Shown in pieces: positions 59,460 through 64,000 of a stretch of 64,000 bases of DNA. Where the stretch lies: the NCBI GenBank assembly GCA_038844785.1, contig JAWBRA010000008.1:1-64000 (forward strand), in the 5' to 3' direction. Source of the stretch: Candidatus Caldarchaeum sp. Its GTDB lineage: Archaea > Thermoproteota > Nitrososphaeria_A > Caldarchaeales > Caldarchaeaceae. The position numbers were made by a program, and so were the translations under genes. A model generated the notes under the pieces. That model saw only the letters and a program-made list of their open reading frames with translations. It ran no database searches and had not been told where the DNA came from. Position 1 is the first letter of the stretch. Each line of letters starts with the position of its first letter.

Positions 59460-59478
59460 TTTTTATAGAGTTTTCCCC
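59460..59478 (-). promoter_or_regulatory. Putative BRE-TATA promoter of the thermosome/rpo6 operon
   Basis: Minus strand reads GGGGAAAACTCTATAAAAA about 35 nt upstream of the ATG at 59425. Confidence 0.5.
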
Positions 59479-59508
59479 AGCGGCATTCCTACACCCCGAT
59501 ACAAAATT

Positions 59509-59528
59509 TAATACCGAGCCTGGTATTA
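59509..59528. promoter_or_regulatory. Inverted repeat TAATACC-N6-GGTATTA, putative RHH operator
   Basis: Perfect 7-bp arms ending 12 nt upstream of the RHH ATG, overlapping an AT-rich TATA-like element. Confidence 0.6.
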
Positions 59529-59540
59529 CCGAGAGCCGGT

Positions 59541-59684
59541 ATGAAGCTGATATCGGTTAAGATGCCTGAAGCTTTAATAGACGGGATGGATGAGCTGATC
59601 AAGAAAGGGGTTTACCCGAGCAGGAGCGCTTTGATGAGGACGGCGGTAAGAGACCTTCTACGTAAAGAGCTTTGGCGAACCTAG
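59541..59684 (+). CDS. Small ribbon-helix-helix (CopG/CdrS-like) transcription regulator, absent from the ORF track
   Basis: Hand translation MKLISVKMPEALIDGMDELIKKGVYPSRSALMRTAVRDLLRKELWRT*. Confidence 0.88.
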   Translation: MKLISVKMPEALIDGMDELIKKGVYPSRSALMRTAVRDLLRKELWRT

Positions 59685-60379
59685 AGCTTAAAGGGGAAAG
59701 TTTCAACAAAGATTATGCGGCCGTAGACGAACCGAGAGTCAGACAGAGAGTCCGAGTACTGTATTTTGTGGCCGCCGACTACAGGCCTGTAGGCTATGAA
59801 AGGCGCTGGAGGCTTTGAATCCAGCTCGGTGTAGTAAACGAGGGGTAACGCTGCAGAGTCATAGTATTCGTAAACAGGGTATATTACTCCAACAACGTAG
59901 CCGCCGTCTAGCTTAAAGCACCAGAGCGGAGGGCTCGAGGCCTCGTCAACAATGGCTGAAACCAGCCGCATCAAAGACCCGAGGGTCTTTACGTGCACAG
60001 ACTTAAGCCCCCTTATTTTCTTTTTTAAAGGCTCGGACAAAGCCATTTCAATGATGTCAGGCGTAGGCTCTATTTCGATTACTGGAAACGACACATATCT
60101 CCCAGTTTCTGGGATGTCTGAGAACCTTGCTTCCTCCCTCTCCAACGGAGTGTATACCAAGTATGGTTTGGGAGCGTTGGTAAGTTCCGCGTAGACAAGG
60201 ATCGGCAAACTGTATTTTCCGAAAGGTATGCTCATCAGATGCGAAAGGATGTGTCTGCCGTTCACGCTAAACTCCAGCAAGGGCGGTATGTAGTCTGCGC
60301 GTGATGCTACAAGCCTCGCAAGGCTGGCTGTGTCTTCAACTTTTAACGGTACAGGTGTTCTACCGCCGCGCCTAGTCAT
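59681..60379 (-). CDS. Hypothetical protein with two internally repeated domains
   Basis: V....SL.RLV...PPL..F...G...LP...Y.EL...P.P...Y repeated twice. Confidence 0.7.
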   Translation of the reverse strand: MTRRGGRTPVPLKVEDTASLARLVASRADYIPPLLEFSVNGRHILSHLMSIPFGKYSLPILVYAELTNAPKPYLVYTPLEREEARFSDIPETGRYVSFPVIEIEPTPDIIEMALSEPLKKKIRGLKSVHVKTLGSLMRLVSAIVDEASSPPLWCFKLDGGYVVGVIYPVYEYYDSAALPLVYYTELDSKPPAPFIAYRPVVGGHKIQYSDSLSDSRFVYGRIIFVETFPFKL

Positions 60380-60490
60380 CGCCTAATCCTACGCCGTGTA
60401 AACAACCGCTAGGCAAATAAAAAACTTACATAGTTTTTCATCTGAGATGTTCTTCAAAACCTCATATCCCAGTCTAGTCAGTAAACTGGC

Positions 60491-61375
60491 GTGACCACTG
60501 TTGGTTTTATAGGTTTAGGTCTTATGGGCAAGCCTATGGCGAAGAACCTTCTGGCGAAAGGGTTCCGTTTAGCGGTTTATAACAGAAGCCCTGGCCCGGT
60601 TGAGGAGCTTGCGAAATTAAAGGCGTTGCCCTGTAAATCTCCGGCCGAGGTCGCAAGCCAGACAGACATTGTCATCACCATGCTTCCCGACGCGCCTGAG
60701 GTTAGGCAGGTTCTAGCGGGTGAAAGAGGTGTTTTAGAGAAAGTTAGGGAAGGGCAGATTGTAATTGACATGTCAACAGTTTCCCCCATCTTTTCTAAGG
60801 AGATGGCTGCGTTGGTGAGGTCTAAAGGAGGTGAAATGCTTGACGCCCCCGTTTCAGGAAGCACCATGGCCGCTGAGCAGGGAGCTTTGACCATCATGGT
60901 AGGAGGGTCTAAAGAGGCTTTCGAAAGAGCTTTGCCGGTGCTGCAGGCGATGGGTAAACACATCTACTACATGGGGGGCTCCGGCTCAGGCAGCTTCACA
61001 AAGCTCTGCAACCAAGTCGCTGTCTCGCTAAACCTGCTGGGCGTTTGCGAGATGTTGTTGATGGCTTCGAAGGCGGGGCTGGACGTTAACAAGGTGATAG
61101 AGGTTGTGTCGACTGGCGCCGGCGGCTCATGGCAGCTGGCCAACCTAGGCCCCCGGATGGCCGTAAGAGATTTTAAGCCAGGGTTTAAGGTGAAGCATTT
61201 GAGAAAAGACCTGCGGATCATAAGAGAGGTGGCTGAAAGCCTTGGTGTGTCCTTGCCAGGCGTCTCGCTAGTAGCTGAGCTTGTTAAAGCCCTTGACAGC
61301 ATGGGACACGGTGAGAACGGTACGCAGGCCCTCATCGAAGTCCTAGAATCTTTGGCATGTCATAAAATCATGTAA
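60491..61375 (+). CDS. NAD-dependent beta-hydroxyacid dehydrogenase (GarR/MmsB family)
   Basis: GFIGLGLMGKPMA.NL, DMSTVSP, LDAPVSG, L.IMVGG, KLCNQ, F......KDL. Confidence 0.92.
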   Translation: MTTVGFIGLGLMGKPMAKNLLAKGFRLAVYNRSPGPVEELAKLKALPCKSPAEVASQTDIVITMLPDAPEVRQVLAGERGVLEKVREGQIVIDMSTVSPIFSKEMAALVRSKGGEMLDAPVSGSTMAAEQGALTIMVGGSKEAFERALPVLQAMGKHIYYMGGSGSGSFTKLCNQVAVSLNLLGVCEMLLMASKAGLDVNKVIEVVSTGAGGSWQLANLGPRMAVRDFKPGFKVKHLRKDLRIIREVAESLGVSLPGVSLVAELVKALDSMGHGENGTQALIEVLESLACHKIM

Positions 61376-61389
61376 AAACGTCGCGCCAG

Positions 61390-62217
61390 CTACAGCTCGG
61401 TCAAAGCCCTCGGATACGAGCCGAGGACTTTAACAAATATCGTGTGGGAGGATAGCTCCGCCAACGCCATCCTGACCCTCTCATCTTCCACATGGCCTTC
61501 AAAATCGACGAAAAAATAGTATTCCCATGGCCTTTGACGGGTTGGCCTAGATTCTATTTTTGTGAGGTTTATGTTGTTTCTCGCGAAGGCTCCCAACGCG
61601 TTGTAAAGGGCTCCCGGCCTATGAACCGTCGAGAATATTATCGATGTTTTACTGTCGGCTTGCGGGGTAGTTTCCCTCGTAGATATTACTAGGAACCTCG
61701 TGTAGTTATGGCCGTAGTCTTCGATGCCTTTGGCGAGGACGGACATGCCGTATATCTGTGCTGCCCTCTCGCTGGCTACGGCAGCAGCATGCTTGAGACC
61801 CTGCTCCTTAATCATCTTCACACTTCCCGCCGTGTCATATGTTACAGCCATCTCAGCGCCGAGAGATGTCAGAAAGCCTCTGCACTGCGCAAGGGCTTGA
61901 GGATGGGAATAGACCACCTTAACGTCGGCAAGCGTTGTCCCAGGATGCGATATAAGACAATGTCTTATCTTGAGTATTATTTCCCCAACCACTTTAACGC
62001 TCGAGGTTAGAAACATGTCGTATGTTTCTGCAACGCTTCCCTCTATGCTGTTCTCTACAGGGACAACGCCAAAGTCCACCACCAAGGCTTCCGTGTTCTT
62101 GAAAACCTCACGAATGGTTTTGCATGGAAAAAGCTCAGCCTTATCGCCAAAATAGGAGATAACTGCTTCCTCGCTGTAAGCACCTTTTTCCCCTTGAAAG
62201 GCCACCCTCAACCCCAA
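61390..62217 (-). CDS. pheA: Prephenate dehydratase
   Basis: AFQGE.GAYSE.A, PVENSIEGSV, SHPQALAQC, NYTRF, ACT domain with TKIESRP. Confidence 0.95.
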   Translation of the reverse strand: MGLRVAFQGEKGAYSEEAVISYFGDKAELFPCKTIREVFKNTEALVVDFGVVPVENSIEGSVAETYDMFLTSSVKVVGEIILKIRHCLISHPGTTLADVKVVYSHPQALAQCRGFLTSLGAEMAVTYDTAGSVKMIKEQGLKHAAAVASERAAQIYGMSVLAKGIEDYGHNYTRFLVISTRETTPQADSKTSIIFSTVHRPGALYNALGAFARNNINLTKIESRPTRQRPWEYYFFVDFEGHVEDERVRMALAELSSHTIFVKVLGSYPRALTEL

Positions 62218-62292
62218 GCCTTTTTCACAGCTTTACGGGCTGTTTTTATTTAAATCCATTCAGGGTAGGCTTAAATACGGTCGCCACACAAT

Positions 62293-62595
62293 TTGCCAAC
62301 GACCTTGGACACTAGCCTCAACACATTCAGCTCACAGTATTCGGGGAACAACGATAAACCTGCACGTGTCTCTTCTGAAAAACTTATTCCCGACATTCGG
62401 AAGTGTCTTGAGCTTCAGGTTGGTAAGACAGGAGAGATAAACACGGAGTATGGTGGTTTTGAGATCACTGTGAACGAGCCTGGTTATTTCCCCTGGTATG
62501 ATGTCTTCGCCACGTTGCTGAAGTTTGGCTATGAGGTCTGGGTCACGGTCAAAAAAGAGAAGATGGTTATTGTTGCGAAGCTTGCGGGAGACTAG
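62293..62595 (+). CDS. Small hypothetical protein
   Basis: Fills the intergenic gap, TTTAAATA-like element upstream, globular composition (FPWYDVF..LL..G.EVWV). Confidence 0.55.
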   Translation: MPTTLDTSLNTFSSQYSGNNDKPARVSSEKLIPDIRKCLELQVGKTGEINTEYGGFEITVNEPGYFPWYDVFATLLKFGYEVWVTVKKEKMVIVAKLAGD

Positions 62596-63974
62596 GCGGC
62601 CAAAGGCAGCTGTAGGTATAACAATGTTAAGGCTAACACCACTGTTGGAAACGTAACTGCAGCGCCTAAGCCGATCCACTGTCTTAGAGTAATATGTATG
62701 CGTTCACGTCTCTCCAGCATACCCACGGCAACTATGTTTGCTGTGCTGCCAATAATAGTCAGGTTTCCCCACAACGTTCCTGCAAAAAGCATAGCCCACC
62801 AAAGAGGAAAGATGTTTACTCCAAAATCTCCGAGAGTTTTCATTATCGGTATCCATGTGGCTACGGCTAGCACGTTATCCATGAAGGCTGACATCAACCC
62901 ACATACGACCATGATTATTATCAGTAAATATTCTAGCCTGTTGCCTCCAATCTGTAAAATTATGTTTGCGAAGACTTGGGTAGCACCGGTATGGTTGAGC
63001 GTGCCGACGGTTGCAAAAAATATCATGAAAAACAATAGAGTCCACCAATCGATTCTCCTCTCGACAAGCTCACGAGCCCTTTCCCTTTCAAGCAACATAA
63101 CAGCTCCTGCGAACAAGAACGGCACGCCTAGGAGCATCGCGTTTTTCCCTAATCCTAAGACCTGCTCGATTGGTGTGTGGAGAATAAGTCCTGTGATGGT
63201 TGCGATGAATATTGCGGCGGGTACTCTAATGTCGAGTTTGTCGCTGTTGATTCCGTTTGCGGTGGAGGTGGGGTTTACTGGTTGTTTGCCTAAGTTGTTT
63301 GCAAGTATTTTTATGTCTGTTTTATAAACGTACATGCTAATCAGTATAAACAGAATAAGAGCGGCGGTTGAGATCGGTGTTGCCCATCGTAAAAAGTCAG
63401 CGAAGCCCAGTCCTGCTCGAAAAGCTATCATGACGCCGACCGGATTCCCGACCACTGTTGCAGAGCTTCCTATGTTAGTGGCGAATACTGCAAGTATGAT
63501 GAACCTAACCGGGTTTAGGTTGTATCTTGACGTAAAATCTAGTATTATCGCGCCCATTATCAAGATCGAGGTTACTTCATCAACCAAAGCCGCTAACAGG
63601 GCAGACATCGCTATCAACGAAACAACCAAGATTCTTGGCCTGTTACCTACTCTCGCGAGAAGCTTGTCCATCAGCACTTCAAAAAAACGGGCATCCTCTA
63701 AGTATCCAACCACCACCATCATAGAGGCTAGAAACAGTATTGTGTCTAGATGAGCGAACTCTATCAGAAGGTTTATCTCAAGCAGGTTTGTTCCCAGCAT
63801 GATCGCTAGGGCAAAAAAAGCGAACACAAGCCTGAACCTCCAGAACATAAGAGTTGCTCCAATCATGCCGCCGAGGACTACGAGCGAAACTGCCTGGCTC
63901 GTGTTAAGCCCTAATACGTAGGCTAGAGCTAACACAAACGCCAGGAGCAACGAATATTGGACCAATTTGTTCAT
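62592..63974 (-). CDS. ArsB/NhaD/SLC13 (ion transporter superfamily) permease
   Basis: LVDEVTSIL, ATNIGS..T.VGNP, SAFMDNV, GN.T.IGSTANIV. Confidence 0.9.
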   Translation of the reverse strand: MNKLVQYSLLLAFVLALAYVLGLNTSQAVSLVVLGGMIGATLMFWRFRLVFAFFALAIMLGTNLLEINLLIEFAHLDTILFLASMMVVVGYLEDARFFEVLMDKLLARVGNRPRILVVSLIAMSALLAALVDEVTSILIMGAIILDFTSRYNLNPVRFIILAVFATNIGSSATVVGNPVGVMIAFRAGLGFADFLRWATPISTAALILFILISMYVYKTDIKILANNLGKQPVNPTSTANGINSDKLDIRVPAAIFIATITGLILHTPIEQVLGLGKNAMLLGVPFLFAGAVMLLERERARELVERRIDWWTLLFFMIFFATVGTLNHTGATQVFANIILQIGGNRLEYLLIIIMVVCGLMSAFMDNVLAVATWIPIMKTLGDFGVNIFPLWWAMLFAGTLWGNLTIIGSTANIVAVGMLERRERIHITLRQWIGLGAAVTFPTVVLALTLLYLQLPLAA

Positions 63975-64000
63975 CGGATGGCAACCTCTCGAGTCTCAAA

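Noticed and set aside
1-64000. tRNA/rRNA genes, IS elements, integrases, cas genes
   Set aside because: None recognised by eye; an intron-containing tRNA or small guide RNA could have been missed without a covariance search

Overview
A 64 kb stretch of archaeal chromosome. Archaeal SRP54, Pus10, eL21, Rpo4, Rpo6, aEF-1beta, Spt5, uL11/uL1/uL10/P1, NAC, thermosome and archaeal-type AlaRS/ThrRS point to a thermophilic TACK archaeon, plausibly Aigarchaeota/Caldiarchaeum-like (inference). Most of the window is housekeeping, with no rRNA, tRNA, CRISPR array or intact transposase recognised. Main points of interest: (1) a compact cluster at 12.8-17.9 kb of a KaiC-like ATPase, a class I isoprenoid-synthase-fold protein, a UbiA prenyltransferase, an inactivated-KaiC/V4R fusion and a UbiE-like methyltransferase, a candidate isoprenoid-signal system; (2) an Spt5/NusG with a ~150-aa beta-rich insertion inside the NGN domain; (3) a Tat-exported Nitrospira/anammox-NXR-like nitrate/nitrite oxidoreductase operon with three frameshifts, a nonsense codon and a lost Fe-S cysteine, preceded by a Cys-rich HTH regulator and a CGAA-N4-TTCG palindrome; (4) a wHTH/ATP-cone/degenerate NrdD fusion; (5) an island of gene fragments between secE and spt5, one piece of which recurs 40 kb away; (6) three small genes missing from the ORF track: secE, eL39 and a CdrS/aCcr1-like RHH gene with an inverted-repeat operator. 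All calls come from motif recognition by eye; no database searches were run.
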